This document shows, piece after piece, positions 1 to 14,533 of a DNA stretch of 64,000 nt. Position 1 is the first letter of the stretch, and every line of letters begins with the position of its first letter. Origin of the DNA: Eledone cirrhosa (Eukaryota); assembly GCA_964016885.1 (NCBI GenBank), contig OZ024741.1, forward strand, positions 397,420,001 through 397,484,000, written 5' to 3'. Position numbers and translations under genes: made by a program. The notes beneath the pieces are model-generated. The model saw nothing but the letters and a program-made list of their open reading frames with translations, was not told the DNA's origin and did not search any database.

Positions 1-3000
1 TCCTCCCTATCATTGACAATCTCTGCCAGTCTGTCTCTGTATGTGTGTCCTCCCTATCATTGACAATCTCTGCCAGTCTGTCCCTGTATGTGTGTCCTCC
101 CTATCATTGACAATCTCTGTCAGTCTGTCCCTGTATGTGTGACCTTCCTATCATTGACAATCTCTGCCAGTCTGTCTCTGTATGTGTGTCCTCCCTATTA
201 TTGACAATCTCTGTCAGTCTGTCTCTGTATGTGTGTCCTCCCTATCATTGACAATCTCTGCCAGTCTGTCTCTGTATGTGTGTCCTCCCTATCATTGACA
301 ATCTCTGCCAGTCTGTCCCTGTATGTGTGTCCTCCCTATCATTGACAATCTCTGTCAGTCTGTCCCTGTATGTGTGACCTTCCTATCATTGACAATCTCT
401 GCCAGTCTGTCTCTGTATGTGTGTCCTCCCTATTATTGACAATCTCTGTCAGTCTGTCTCTGTATGTGTGTCCTCCCTATCATTGACAACCTCTGTCAGT
501 CTGTCTCTGTATGTGTGTCCTCCCTATCATTGACAATCTCTGTCAGTCTGTCTCTGTATGTGTGTCCTCCCTATCATTGACAATCTCTGCCAGTCTGTCC
601 CTGTATGTGTGTCCTCCCTATCATTGACAATCTCTGTCAGTCTGTCCCTGTATGTGTGACCTTCCTATCATTGACAATCTCTGCCAGTCTGTCTCTGTAT
701 CTGTGTCCTCCCTATTATTGACAATCTCTGCCAGTCTGTCTCTGTATGTGTGTCCTCCCCATCATTGACAATCTCTGTCAGTCTTTCTCTGTATGTGTGT
801 CCTCCCTATCATTGACAATCTCTGTCAGTCTGTCTCTGTATGTGTGTCCTTCCTATCATTGACAATCTCTGTCAGTCTGTCTCTGTATGTGTGTCGTCCC
901 CATCATTGACAATCTCTGCCAGTCTGTCTCTGTATGTGTGTCCTCTCTATCATTGACAATCTCTGTCAGTCTGTCTCTGTATGTGTGTCCTCCCTATTAT
1001 TGACAATCTCTGCCAGTCTGTCTTTGTATGTGTGTCCTCCCTATCATTGACAATCTCTGCCAGTCTGTCCCTGTATGTGTGTCCTCCCTATTATTGACAA
1101 TCTCTGCCAGTCTGTCTTTGTATGTGTGTCCTCCCTATCATTGACAATCTCTGCCAATCTGTCCCTGTATGTGTGTCCTCCCTATCATTGACAATCTCTG
1201 CCAGTCTGTCCCTGTATGTGTGTCCTCCCTATTATTGACAAACTCTGCCAGTCTGTCTCTGTATGTGTGTCCTCTCTATCATTGACAATATCTGCCAGTC
1301 TGTCCCTGTATGTGTGTCCTCCCTATTATTGACAATCTCTGCCAGTCTGTCTTTGTATGTGTGTCCTCCCTATCATTGACAATCTCTGCCAGTCTGTCTC
1401 TGTATGAGTGTCCTCCCTATCATTGACAATCTCTGCCAGTCTGTCCCTGTATTTGTGTCCTTCCTATCATTGACAATCTCTGCCAGTCTGTCCCTGTATG
1501 TGTGTCCTTCCTATCATTGACAATCTCTGCCAGTCTGTCTCTGTATGTGTGTCCTCCCTATCATTGACAATCTCTGCCAGACTGTCCCTGTATGTGTGTC
1601 CTCCCTATCATTGACAATCTCTGCCAGTCTGTCCCCGTATTTGTGTCCTTCCTATCATTGACAATCTCTGCCAGTCTGTCCCTGTATGTGTGTCCTCCCT
1701 ATTATTGACAAACTCTGTCAGTCTGTCTCTGTATGTGTGTCCTCCCTATCATTGACAATCTCTGCCAGTCTGTCCCTGTATGTGTGTCCTCCCTATTATT
1801 GACAATCTCTGTCAGTCTGTCTCTGTATGTGTGTCCTCCCTATCATTGACAATCTCTGTCAGTCTGTCTCTGTATGTGTGTCCTCCTTATTATTGACAAT
1901 CTCTGCCAGTCTGTCTCTGTATGTGTGTCCTCTCTATCATTGACAATCTCTGCCAGTCTGTCACTGTATGTGTGTCCTCCCTATTATTGACAATCTCTGT
2001 CAGTCTGTCTCTGTATGTGTGTCCTCCCTATCATTGACAATCTCTGCCAGTCTGTCTCTGTATGTGTGTCCTCCCTATCATTGACAATCTCTGCCAGTCT
2101 GTCTCTGTATGTGTGTCCTCCCTATCATTGACAATCTCTGCCAGTCTGTCTCTGTTTGTGTGTCCTCCCTATTGTTGACAATCTCTGCCAGTCTGTCCCT
2201 GTATGTGTGTCCTCCCTATTATTGACATTCTCTGTCAGTCTGTCCCTGTATGTGTGTCCTCCCTATTATTGACAATCTCTGCCAGTCTGTCCCTGTATGT
2301 GTGTCCTCCCTATTATTGACAATCTCTGCCAGTCTGTCCCTGTATGTGTGTCCTCCCTATCATTGACAATCTCTGCCAGTCTGTCTCTGTTTGTGTGTCC
2401 TCCCTATTATTGACAATCTCTGCCAGTCTGTCCCTGTATGTGTGTCCTCCCTATTATTGACAATCTCTGCCAGTCTGTCTCTGTATGTGTGTCCTCCCTA
2501 TCATTGACAATCTCTGCCAGTCTGTCTCTGTATGTGTGTCCTCCCTATCATTGACAATCTCTGCCAGTCTGTCTCTGTATGTATGTCCTCCCTATCATTG
2601 ACAATCTCTGTCAGTCTGTCTCTGTATGTGTGTCCTCCCTATCATTGACAATCTCTGCCAGTCTATCTCTGTATGTGTGTCCTCCCTATTATTGACAATC
2701 TCTGCCAGTCTGTCTCTGTATGTGTGTCCTCCCTATCATTGACAATCTCTGTCAGTCTGTCTCTGTATGTGTGTCCTCCCTATCATTGACAATCTCTGCC
2801 AGTCTGTCTCTGTATGTGTGTCCTCCCTATCATTGACAATCTCTGCCAGTCTGTCTCTGTATGTGTGTCCTCCCTATCATTGACAATCTCTGCCAGTCTG
2901 TCTCTGTATGTGTCTCCTCCCTATCATTGACAATCTCTGCCAGTCTGTCCCTGTATGTGTGTCCTCCCTATTATTGACAATCTCTGTCAGTCTGTCTCTG

Positions 3001-6000
3001 TATGTGTGTCCTCCCTATCATTGACAATCTCTGTCAGTCTGTCTCTGTATGTGTGTCCTCCCTATTATTGACAATCTCTGCCAGTCTGTCTCTGTATGTG
3101 TGTCCTCCCTATCATTGACAATCTCTGTCAGTCTGTCTCTGTATGTGTGTCCTCCCTATCATTGACAATCTCTGTCAGTCTGTCTCTGTATGTGTGTCCT
3201 CCCTATCATTGACAATCTCTGCCAGTCTGTCTCTGTATGTGTGTCCTCCCTATTATTGACAATCTCTGTCAGTCTGTCTCTGTATGTGTGTCCTCCCTAT
3301 CATTGACAATCTCTGCCAGTCTGCCTCTGTATGTGTGTCCTCCCTATCATTGACAATCTCTGTCAGTCTGTCTCTGTATGTGTGTCCTCCCTATTATTGA
3401 CAATCTCTGCCAGTCTGTCTCTGTATGTGTGTCCTCCCTATCATTGACAATCTCTGTCAGTCTGTCTCTGTATGTGTGTCCTCCCTATCATTGACAATCT
3501 CTGCCAGTCTGTCTCTGTATGTGTGTCCTCCCTATCATTGACAATCTCTGTCAGTCTGTCCCTGTATGTGTGTCCTCCCTATCATTGACAATCTCTGCCA
3601 GTCTGTCTCTGTATGTGTGTCCTCCCTATCATTGACAATCTCTGCCAGTCTGTAGCTGTATGTGTGTCCTCCCTATCATTGACAATCTCTGCCAGTCTGT
3701 CCCTGTATGTGTGTCCTCCCTATCATTGACAATCTCTGTCAGTCTGTCTCTGTATGTGTGTCCTCCCTATCATTGACAATCTCTGTCAGTCTGTCCCTGT
3801 ATGTGTGTCCTCCCTATCATTGACAATCTCTGTCAGTCTGTCCCTGTATGTGTGTCCTCCCTATCATTGACAATCTCTGTCAGTCTGTCTCTGTATGTGT
3901 GTCCTCCCTATCATTGACAATCTCTGCCAGTCTGTCTCTGTATGTGTGTCCTCCCTATCATTGACAATCTCTGCCAGTCTGTCTCTGTATGTGTGTCCTC
4001 CCTATCATTGACAATCTCTGCCAGTCTGTCCCTGTATGTGTCCTCCCTATTATTGACAATATCTGTCAGTCTGTCCCTGTATGTGTGTCCTCCCTATTAT
4101 TGACAATCTCTGTCAGTCTGTCTCTGTATGTGTGTCCTCCCTATTATTGACAATCTCTGCCAGTCTGTCTCTGTATGTGTGTCCTCCCTATCATTGACAA
4201 TCTCTGTCAGTCTGTCCCTGTATGTCTGTCCTCCCTATTATTGACAATCTCTGTCAGTCTGTCTCCGTACGTGTGTCCTCCCTATCATTGACAATCTCTG
4301 TCAGTCTGTCCTTGTTTGTGTGTCCTCCCTATTATTGACAATCTCTGCCAGTCTGTCCCTGTATGTGTGTCCTCCCTATTATTGACAATCTCTGTCAGTC
4401 TGTCTCCGTACGTGTGTCCTCCCTATCATTGACAATCTCTGTCAGTCTGTCCTTGTATGTGTGTCCTCCCTATCATTGACAATCTCTGCCAGTCTGTCCC
4501 TGTATGTGTGTCCTCCCTATCATTGACAATCTCTGCCAGTCTGTCCCTGTATGTGTGTCCTCCCTATCATTGACAATCTCTGTCAGTCTGTCTCTGTATG
4601 TGTGTCCTCCCTATTATTGACAATCTCTGCCAGTCTGTCTCTGTATGTGTGTCCTCCCTATCATTGACAATCTCTGTCAGTCTGTCCCTGTATGTCTGTC
4701 CTCCCTATTATTGTCAATCTCTGTCAGTCTGTCTCTGTATGTGTGTCCCTCCCTATCATTGACAATCTCTGCCAGTCTGTCTCTGTATGTGTGTCCTCCC
4801 TATCATTGACAATCTCTGTCAGTCTGTCCCTGTATGTGTCTCCTCCCTATCATTGACAATCTCTGCCAGTCTGTCTCTGTATGTGTGTCCTCCTATCATT
4901 GACAATATCTGTCAGTCTGTCTCTGTATGTGTGTCCTCCCTATCATTGACAATCTCTGCCAGTCTGTCCCTGTATGTGTGTCCTCCCTATCATTGACAAT
5001 CTCTGCCAGTCTGTCTCTGTATGTGTGTCCTCCCTATCATTGACAATCTCTGCCAGTCTGTCCCTGTATGTGTGTCCTCCCTATTATTGACAATCTCTGC
5101 CAGTCTGTCCCTGTATGTGTGTCCTCTCTATTATTGACAATCTCTGTCAGTCTGTCTCTGTATGTGTGTCCTCCCTATCATTGACAATCTCTGCCAGTCT
5201 GTCCCTGTATCTGTGTCCTCCCTATCATTGACAATCTCTGTCAGTCTGTCCCTGTATGTGTGTCCTCCCTATCATTGACAATCTCTGCCAGTCTGTCTCT
5301 GTATGTGTGTCCTCCCTATCATTGACAATCTCTGCCAGTCTGTCCCTGTATGTCTGTCCTCCCTATCATTGACAATCTCTGCCAGTCTGTCTCTGTATGT
5401 GTGTCCTCTCTATCATTGACAATCTCTGCCAGTCTGTCCCTGTATGTGTGTCCTCCCTATCATTGACAATCTCTGCCAGTCTGTCTCTGTATCTGTGTCC
5501 TCCCTATCATTGACAATCTCTGCCTGTCTGTCCCTGTATTTGTGTCCTCCCTATTATTGACAATCTCTGCCAGTCTGTCCCTGTATGTGTGTCCTCCCTA
5601 TTATTGACAATCTCTGCCAGTCTGTCCCTGTATGTGTGTCCTCCCTATCATTGACAATCTCTGCCAGTCTGTCCCTGTATGTCTGTCCTCCCTATCATTG
5701 ACAATCTCTGCCAGTCTGTCTCTGTATGTGTGTCCTCCCTATCATTGACAATCTCTGCCAGTCTGTCCCTGTATGTGTGTCCTCCCTATCATTGACAATC
5801 TCTGCCTGTCTGTCCCTGTATTTGTGTCCTCCCTATTATTGACAATCTCTGCCAGTCTGTCCCTGTATGTGTGTCCTCCCTATTATTGACAATCTCTGCC
5901 AGTCTGTCTCTGTATGTGTGTCCTCCCTATCATTGACAATCTCTGCCAGTCTGTCCCTGTATGTCTGTCCTCCCTATCATTGACAATCTCTGCCAGTCTG

Positions 6001-9000
6001 TCTCTGTATGTGTGTCCTCCCTATCATTGACAGTCTCTGCCAGTCTGTCTCTGTATGTGTGTCCTCCCTATCATTGACAATTTCTGCCAGTCTGTCTCTG
6101 TATGTGTGTCCTCCCTATCATTGACAATCTCTGCCAGTCTGTCCCTGTATGTGTGTCCTCCCTATCATTGACAATCTCTGCCAGTCTGTCCCTGTATTTG
6201 TGTCCTCCCTATTATTGACAATCTCTGCCAGTCTGTCCCTGTATGTGTGTCCTCCCTATCATTGACAATCTCTGTCAGTCTGTCCCTGTATGTCTGTCCT
6301 CCCTATCATTGACAATCTCTGCCAGTCTGTCTCTGTATGTGTGTCCTCCCTATCATTGACAATCTCTGCCAGTCTGTCTCTGTATGTGTGTCCTCCCTAT
6401 CACTGACAATCTCTGCCAGTCTGTCTCTGTATGTGTGTCCTCCCTATCATTGACAATCTCTGCCAGTCTGTCCCTGTATGTGTGTCCTCCCTATTATTGA
6501 CAATCTCTGCCAGTCTGTCCCTGTATGTGTGTCCTCCCTATTATTGACAATCTCTGCCAGTCTGTCTCTGTATGTGTGTCCTCCCTATCATTGACAATCT
6601 CTGTCAGTCTGTCCCTGTATGTGTGTCCTCCTATCATTGACAATCTCTGTCAGTCTATCTCTGTATGTGTGTCCTCCCTATTATTGACAATCTCTGCCAG
6701 TCTGTCCCTGTATGTGTGTCCTCCCTATCATTGACAATCTCTGTCAGTCTGTCTCTGTATGTGTGTCCTTCCTATCATTGACAATCTCTGTCATTCTGTC
6801 TCTGTATGTGTGTCCTTCCTATCATTGACAATCTCTGCCAGTCTGTCTCTGTATGTGTGTCCTCCCTATCATTGACAATCTCTGCCAGTCTGTCTCTGTA
6901 TGTGTGTCCTCCCTATCATTGACAATCTCTGCCAGTCTGTCCCTGTATGTGTGTCCTCCCTATTATTGACAATCTCTGCCAGTCTGTCCCTGTATGTGTG
7001 TCCTCCCTATCATTGACAATCTCTGTCAGTCTGTCTCTGTATGTGTGTCCTTCCTATCATTGACAATCTCTGCCAGTCTGTCTCTGTATGTGTGTCCTCC
7101 CTATCATTGACAATCTCTGACAGTCTGTCCCTGTATGTGTGTCCTCCCTATCATTGACAATCTCTGTCAGTCTGTCTCTGTATGTGTGTCCTCCCTATTA
7201 TTGACAATCTCTGCCAGTCTGTCTCTGTATGTGTGTCCTCCCTATCATTGACAATCTCTGCCAGTCTGTCTCTGTATGTGTGTCCTCCCTATTATTGACA
7301 ATCTCTGCCAGTCTGTCCCTGTATGTGTGTCCTCCCTATCATTGACAATCTCTGTCAGTCTGTCTCTGTATGTGTGTCCTTCCTATCATTGACAATCTCT
7401 GTCAGTCTGTCTCTGTATGTGTGTCCTCCCTATCATTGACAATCTCTGCCAGTCTGTCCCTGTATGTGTGTCCTCCCTATCATTGACAATCTCTGTCAGT
7501 CTGTCCCTGTATGTGTGTCCTCCCTATTATTGACAATCTCTGCCAGTCTGTCTCTGTATGTGTGTCCTCCCTATCATTGACAATCTCTGCCAGTCTGTCC
7601 CTGTATGTGTGTCCTCCCTATCATTGACAATCTCTGCCAGTCTGTCTCTGTATGTGTGTCCTCCCTATCATTGACAATCTCTGCCAGTCTGTCCCTGTAT
7701 GTGTGTCCTCCCTATTATTGACAATCTCTGCCAGTCTGTCTCTGTATGTGTGTCCTCCCTATCATTGACAATCTCTGCCAGTCTGTCTCTGTATGTGTGT
7801 CCTCCCTATCACTGACAATCTCTGCCAGTCTGTCTCTGTATGTGTGTCCTCCCTATCATTGACAATCTCTGCCAGTCTGTCCCTGTATGTGTGTCCTCCC
7901 TATTATTGACAATCTCTGCCAGTCTGTCCCTGTATGTGTGTCCTCCCTATTATTGACAATCTCTGCCAGTCTGTCTCTGTATGTGTGTCCTCCCTATCAT
8001 TGACAATCTCTGTCAGTCTGTCCCTGTATGTGTGTCCTCCTATCATTGACAAACTCTGTCAGTCTGTCTCTGTATGTGTGTCCTCCCTATTATTGACAAT
8101 CTCTGCCAGTCTGTCCCTGTATGTGTGTCCTCCCTATCATTGACAATCTCTGTCAGTCTGTCTCTGTATGTGTGTCCTTCCTATCATTGACAATCTCTGT
8201 CATTCTGTCTCTGTATGTGTGTCCTTCCTATCATTGACAATCTCTGCCAGTCTGTCTCTGTATGTGTGTCCTCCCTATCATTGACAATCTCTGCCAGTCT
8301 GTCTCTGTATGTGTGTCCTCCCTATCATTGACAATCTCTGCCAGTCTGTCCCTGTATGTGTGTCCTCCCTATTATTGACAATCTCTGCCAGTCTGTCCCT
8401 GTATGTGTGTCCTCCCTATCATTGACAATCTCTGTCAGTCTGTCTCAGTATGTGTGTCCTTCCTATCATTGACAATCTCTGCCAGTCTGTCTCTGTATGT
8501 GTGTCCTCCCTATCATTGACAATCTCTGACAGTCTGTCCCTGTATGTGTGTCCTCCCTATCATTGACAATCTCTGTCAGTCTGTCTCTGTATGTGTGTCC
8601 TCCCTATTATTGACAATCTCTGCCAGTCTGTCTCTGTATGTGTGTCCTCCCTATCATTGACAATCTCTGCCAGTCTGTCTCTGTATGTGTGTCCTCCCTA
8701 TTATTGACAATCTCTGCCAGTCTGTCCCTGTATGTGTGTCCTCCCTATCATTGACAATCTCTGTCAGTCTGTCTCTGTATGTGTGTCCTTCCTATCATTG
8801 ACAATCTCTGTCAGTCTGTCTCTGTATGTGTGTCCTCCCTATCATTGACAATCTCTGCCAGTCTGTCCCTGTATGTGTGTCCTCCCTATCATTGACAATC
8901 TCTGTCAGTCTGTCCCTGTATGTGTGTCCTCCCTATTATTGACAATCTCTGCCAGTCTGTCTCTGTATGTGTGTCCTCCCTATCATTGACAATCTCTGCC

Positions 9001-12000
9001 AGTCTGTCCCTGTATGTGTGTCCTCCCTATCATTGACAATCTCTGCCAGTCTGTCTCTGTATGTGTGTCCTCCCTATCATTGACAATCTCTGCCAGTCTG
9101 TCCCTGTATGTGTGTCCTCCCTATTATTGACAATCTCTGCCAGTCTGTCCCTGTATGTGTGTCCTCTCTATTATTGACAATCTCTGTCAGTCTGTCTCTG
9201 TATGTGTGTCCTCCCTATCATTGACAATCTCTGCCAGTCTGTCCCTGTATCTGTGTCCTCCCTATCATTGACAATCTCTGTCAGTCTGTCCCTGTATGTG
9301 TGTCCTCCCTATCATTGACAATCTCTGCCAGTCTGTCTCTGTATGTGTGTCCTCCCTATCATTGACAATCTCTGCCAGTCTGTCCCTGTATGTCTGTCCT
9401 CCCTATCATTGACAATCTCTGCCAGTCTGTCTCTGTATGTGTGTCCTCTCTATCATTGACAATCTCTGCCAGTCTGTCCCTGTATGTGTGTCCTCCCTAT
9501 CATTGACAATCTCTGCCAGTCTGTCTCTGTATGTGTGTCCTCCCTATCATTGACAATCTCTGCCAGTCTGTCCCTGTATGTGTGTCCTCCCTATTATTGA
9601 CAATCTCTGCCAGTCTGTCCCTGTATGTGTGTCCTCCCTATCATTGACAATCTCTGCCAGTCTGTCCCTGTATGTGTGTCCTCCCTATCATTGACAATCT
9701 CTGCCAGTCTGTCTCTGTATGTGTGTCCTCCCTATCATTGACAATCTCTGCCAGTCTGTCCCTGTATCTGTGTCCTCCCTATCATTGACAATCTCTGTCA
9801 GTCTGTCCCTGTATGTGTGTCCTCCCTATCATTGACAATCTCTGCCTGTCTGTCCCTGTATTTGTGTCCTCCCTATTATTGACAATCTCTGCCAGTCTGT
9901 CCCTGTATGTGTGTCCTCCCTATCATTGACAATCTCTGTCAGTCTGTCCCTGTATGTCTGTCCTCCCTATCATTGACAATCTCTGCCAGTCTGTCTCTGT
10001 ATGTGTGTCCTCCCTATCATTGACAATCTCTGCCAGTCTGTCCCTGTATGTGTGTCCTCCCTATCATTGACAATCTCTGCCAGTCTGTCTCTGTATGTGT
10101 GTCCTCCCTATCATTGACAATCTCTGCCAGTCTGTCTCTGTATGTGTGTCCTCCCTATCATTGACAATCTCTGCCAGTCTGTCTCTGTATGTGTGTCCTC
10201 CCTATCATTGACAATCTCTGCCAGTCTGTCCCTGTATGTGTGTCCTCCCTATTATTGACAATCTCTGCCAGTCTGTCCCTGTATGTGTGTCCTCCCTATT
10301 ATTGACAATCTCTGCCAGTCTGTCTCTGTATGTGTGTCCTCCCTATCATTGACAATCTCTGTCAGTCTGTCCCTGTATGTGTGTCCTCCCTATCATTGAC
10401 AATCTCTGTCAGTCTGTCTCTGTATGTGTGTCCTCCCTATTATTGACAATCTCTGCCAGTCTGTCCCTGTATGTGTGTCCTCCCTATCATTGACAATCTC
10501 TGTCAGTCTGTCTCTGTATGTGTGTCCTTCCTATCATTGACAATCTCTTCCAGTCTGTCTCTGTATGTGTGTCCTCCCTATCATTGACAATCTCTGTCAT
10601 TCTGTCTCTGTATGTGTGTCCTTCCTATCATTGACAATCTCTGCCAGTCTGTCTCTGTATGTGTGTCCTCCCTATCATTGACAATCTCTGCCAGTCTGTC
10701 TCTGTATGTGTGTCCTCCCTATCATTGACAATCTCTGCCAGTCTGTCCCTGTATGTGTGTCCTCCCTATTATTGACAATCTCTGCCAGTCTGTCCCTGTA
10801 TGTGTGTCCTCCCTATCATTGACAATCTCTGTCAGTCTGTCTCTGTATGTGTGTCCTTCCTATCATTGACAATCTCTGCCAGTCTGTCTCTGTATGTGTG
10901 TCCTCCCTATCATTGACAATCTCTGACAGTCTGTCCCTGTATGTGTGTCCTCTCTATTATTGACAATCTCTGTCAGTCTGTCTCTGTATGTGTGTCCTCC
11001 CTATCATTGACAATCTCTGCCAGTCTGTCCCTGTATCTGTGTCCTCCCTATCATTGACAATCTCTGTCAGTCTGTCCCTGTATGTGTGTCCTCCCTATCA
11101 TTGACAATCTCTGCCAGTCTGTCTCTGTATGTGTGTCCTCCCTATCATTGACAATCTCTGCCAGTCTGTCCCTGTATGTCTGTCCTCCCTATCATTGACA
11201 ATCTCTGCCAGTCTGTCTCTGTATGTGTGTCCTCTCTATCATTGACAATCTCTGCCAGTCTGTCCCTGTATGTGTGTCCTCCCTATCATTGACAATCTCT
11301 GCCAGTCTGTCTCTGTATGTGTGTCCTCCCTATCATTGACAATCTCTGCCAGTCTGTCCCTGTATGTGTGTCCTCCCTATTATTGACAATCTCTGCCAGT
11401 CTGTCCCTGTATGTGTGTCCTCCCTATCATTGACAATCTCTGCCAGTCTGTCCCTGTATGTGTGTCCTCCCTATCATTGACAATCTCTGCCAGTCTGTCT
11501 CTGTATGTGTGTCCTCCCTATCATTGACAATCTCTGCCAGTCTGTCCCTGTATCTGTGTCCTCCCTATCATTGACAATCTCTGTCAGTCTGTCCCTGTAT
11601 GTGTGTCCTCCCTATCATTGACAATCTCTGCCTGTCTGTCCCTGTATTTGTGTCCTCCCTATTATTGACAATCTCTGCCAGTCTGTCCCTGTATGTGTGT
11701 CCTCCCTATCATTGACAATCTCTGTCAGTCTGTCCCTGTATGTCTGTCCTCCCTATCATTGACAATCTCTGCCAGTCTGTCTCTGTATGTGTGTCCTCCC
11801 TATCATTGACAATCTCTGCCAGTCTGTCCCTGTATGTGTGTCCTCCCTATCGTTGACAATCTCTGCCAGTCTGTCCCTGTATTTGTGTCCTCCCTATTAT
11901 TGACAATCTCTGCCAGTCTGTCCCTGTATGTGTGTCCTCCCTATCATTGACAATCTCTGTCAGTCTGTCCCTGTATGTCTGTCCTCCCTATCATTGACAA

Positions 12001-14328
12001 TCTCTGCCAGTCTGTCTCTGTATGTGTGTCCTCCCTATCATTGACAATCTCTGCCAGTCTGTCCCTGTATGTGTGTCCTCCCTATCATTGACAATCTCTG
12101 CCAGTCTGTCTCTGTATGTGTGTCCTCTCTATCATTGACAATCTCTGCCAGTCTGTCTCTGTATGTGTGTCCTCCCTATCATTGACAATCTCTGCCAGTC
12201 TGTCTCTGTATGTGTGTCCTCCCTATCATTGACAATCTCTGCCAGTCTGTCCCTGTATGTGTGTCCTCCCTATTATTGACAATCTCTGCCAGTCTGTCCC
12301 TGTATGTGTGTTCTCCCTATTATTGACAATCTCTGCCAGTCTGTCTCTGTATGTGTGTCCTCCCTATCATTGACAATCTCTGTCAGTCTGTCCCTGTATG
12401 TGTGTCCTCCCTATCATTGACAATCTCTGTCAGTCTGTCTCTGTATGTGTGTCCTCCCTATTATTGACAATCTCTGCCAGTCTGTCCCTGTATGTGTGTC
12501 CTCCCTATCATTGACAATCTCTGTCAGTCTGTCTCTGTATGTGTGTCCTTCCTATCATTGACAATCTCTTCCAGTCTGTCTCTGTATGTGTGTCCTCCCT
12601 ATCATTGACAATCTCTGTCAGTCTGTCCCTGTATGTGTGTCCTCCCTATCATTGACAATCTCTGTCAGTCTGTCTCTGTATGTGTGTCCTCCCTATCATT
12701 GACAATCTCTGTCAGTTTGTCTCTGTATGTGTGTCCTCCCTATCATTGACAATCTCTGCCAGTCTGTCTCTGTATGTGTGTCCTCCCTATCATTGACAAT
12801 CTCTGCCAGTCTGTCCCTGTATGTGTGTCCTCCCTATTATTGACAATCTCTGCCAGTCTGTCCCTGTATGTGTGTCCTCCCTATCATTGACAATCTCTGT
12901 CAGTCTGTCTCTGTATGTGTGTCCTTCCTATCATTGACAATCTCTGCCAGTCTGTCTCTGTATGTGTGTCCTCCCTATCATTGACAATCTCTGACAGTCT
13001 GTCCCTGTATGTGTGTCCTCCCTATCATTGACAATCTCTGTCAGTCTGTCTCTGTATGTGTGTCCTCCCTATTATTGACAATCTCTGCCAGTCTGTCTCT
13101 GTATGTGTGTCCTCCCTATCATTGACAATCTCTGCCAGTCTGTCTCTGTATGTGTGTCCTCCCTATTATTGACAATCTCTGCCAGTCTGTCCCTGTATGT
13201 GTGTCCTCCCTATCATTGACAATCTCTGTCAGTCTGTCTCTGTATGTGTGTCCTTCCTATCATTGACAATCTCTGTCAGTCTGTCTCTGTATGTGTGTCC
13301 TCCCTATCATTGACAATCTCTGCCAGTCTGTCTCTGTATGTGTGTCCTCCCTATCATTGACAATCTCTGTCAGTCTGTCCCTGTATGTGTGTCCTCCCTA
13401 TTATTGACAATCTCTGCCAGTCTGTCTCTGTATGTGTGTCCTCCCTATCATTGACAATCTCTGACAGTCTGTCCCTGTATGTGTGTCCTCCCCATCATTG
13501 ACAATCTCTGTCAGTCTGTCTCTGTATGTGTGTCCTCCCTATTATTAACAATCTCTGCGAGTCTGTCTCTGTATGTGTGTCCTCCCTATTATTGACAATC
13601 TCTGCCAGTCTGTCTCTGTATGTGTGTCCTCCCTATCATTGACAATCTCTGCCAGTCTGTCCCTGTATGTGTGTCCTCCCTATCATTGACAATCTCTGCC
13701 AGTCTGTCCCTGTATGTGTGTCCTCCCTATCATTGACAATCTCTGTCAGTCTGTCTCTGTATGTGTGTCCTCCCTATTATTAACAATCTCTGCGAGTCTG
13801 TCTCTGTATGTGTGTCCTCCCTATCATTGACAATCTCTGCCAGTCTGTCCCTGTATGTGTGTCCTCCCTATCATTGACAATCTCTGCCAGTCTGTCTCTG
13901 TATGTGTGTCCTCCCTATCATTGACAATCTCTGTCAGTCTGTCCCTGTATGTGTGTCCTCCCTATCATTGACAATCTCTGCCAGTCTGTCCCTGTATGTG
14001 TGTCCTCCCTATCATTGACAATCTCTGCCAGTCTGTCCCTGTATGTGTGTCCTCCCTATCATTGACAATCTCTGCCAGTCTGTCTCTGTATATGTGTCCT
14101 CCCTATCATTGACAATCTCTGCCAGTCTGTCCCTGTATGTGTGTCCTCCCTATTATTGACAATCTCTGCCAGTCTGTCCCTGTATTTGTGTCCTCCCTAT
14201 TATTGACAATCTCTGCCAGTCTGTCTCTGTATGTGTGTCCCCCCCTATCATTGACAATCTCTGCCAGTCTGTCTCTGTATGTGTGTCCCCCCTATCATTG
14301 ACAATCTCTGCCTGTCTGTCTCTGTTTG
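1..14328. repeat. 47-bp satellite array (about 305 copies, open at window start)
   Basis: Unit TCCTCCCTATCATTGACAATCTCTGCCAGTCTGTCTCTGTATGTGTG repeats at 1, 48, 95... with mostly C/T variants at three positions; ends near 14328. Confidence 0.99.
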
Positions 14329-14330
14329 TT

Positions 14331-14466
14331 CTCTTTCTCTTAATTTCGAGTACATCTTTTACCGGCCACCTTCCTCGGGGCAAGGTTGTAAAAGAAAAGA
14401 AATTGTCATCCCTTGAAAAGCAAAAATGTTTTACAAATTTTAAAGTTGCCAGATATTGCGGCCAAG
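14331..14466 (-). mobile_element. 3' fragment of R4/Dong-like non-LTR retrotransposon
   Basis: Closely similar to 52430-52570, which encodes an RLE-domain C-terminus on the minus strand. Confidence 0.65.
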
Positions 14467-14485
14467 TGCGTACGTACGTATGTAG

Positions 14486-14531
<46 letters not shown>

Positions 14532-14533
<2 letters not shown>

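Noticed and set aside
4787-8143. Three 69-aa ORFs in the satellite
   Set aside because: They arise only where a 1-bp deletion shifts frame past the recurring TGA.
1-14328. CRISPR array, or tetO / -35 promoter array (unit contains TCCCTATCATTGA and TTGACA)
   Set aside because: No unique spacers and no cas genes; only a half-site resemblance to tetO without the TAGAGA arm; the context is clearly eukaryotic, so coincidence.
1-14328. Hammerhead-containing satellite (TTGACAA resembles a U3-A8 core)
   Set aside because: No GAAA element or helix set on either strand of the unit.
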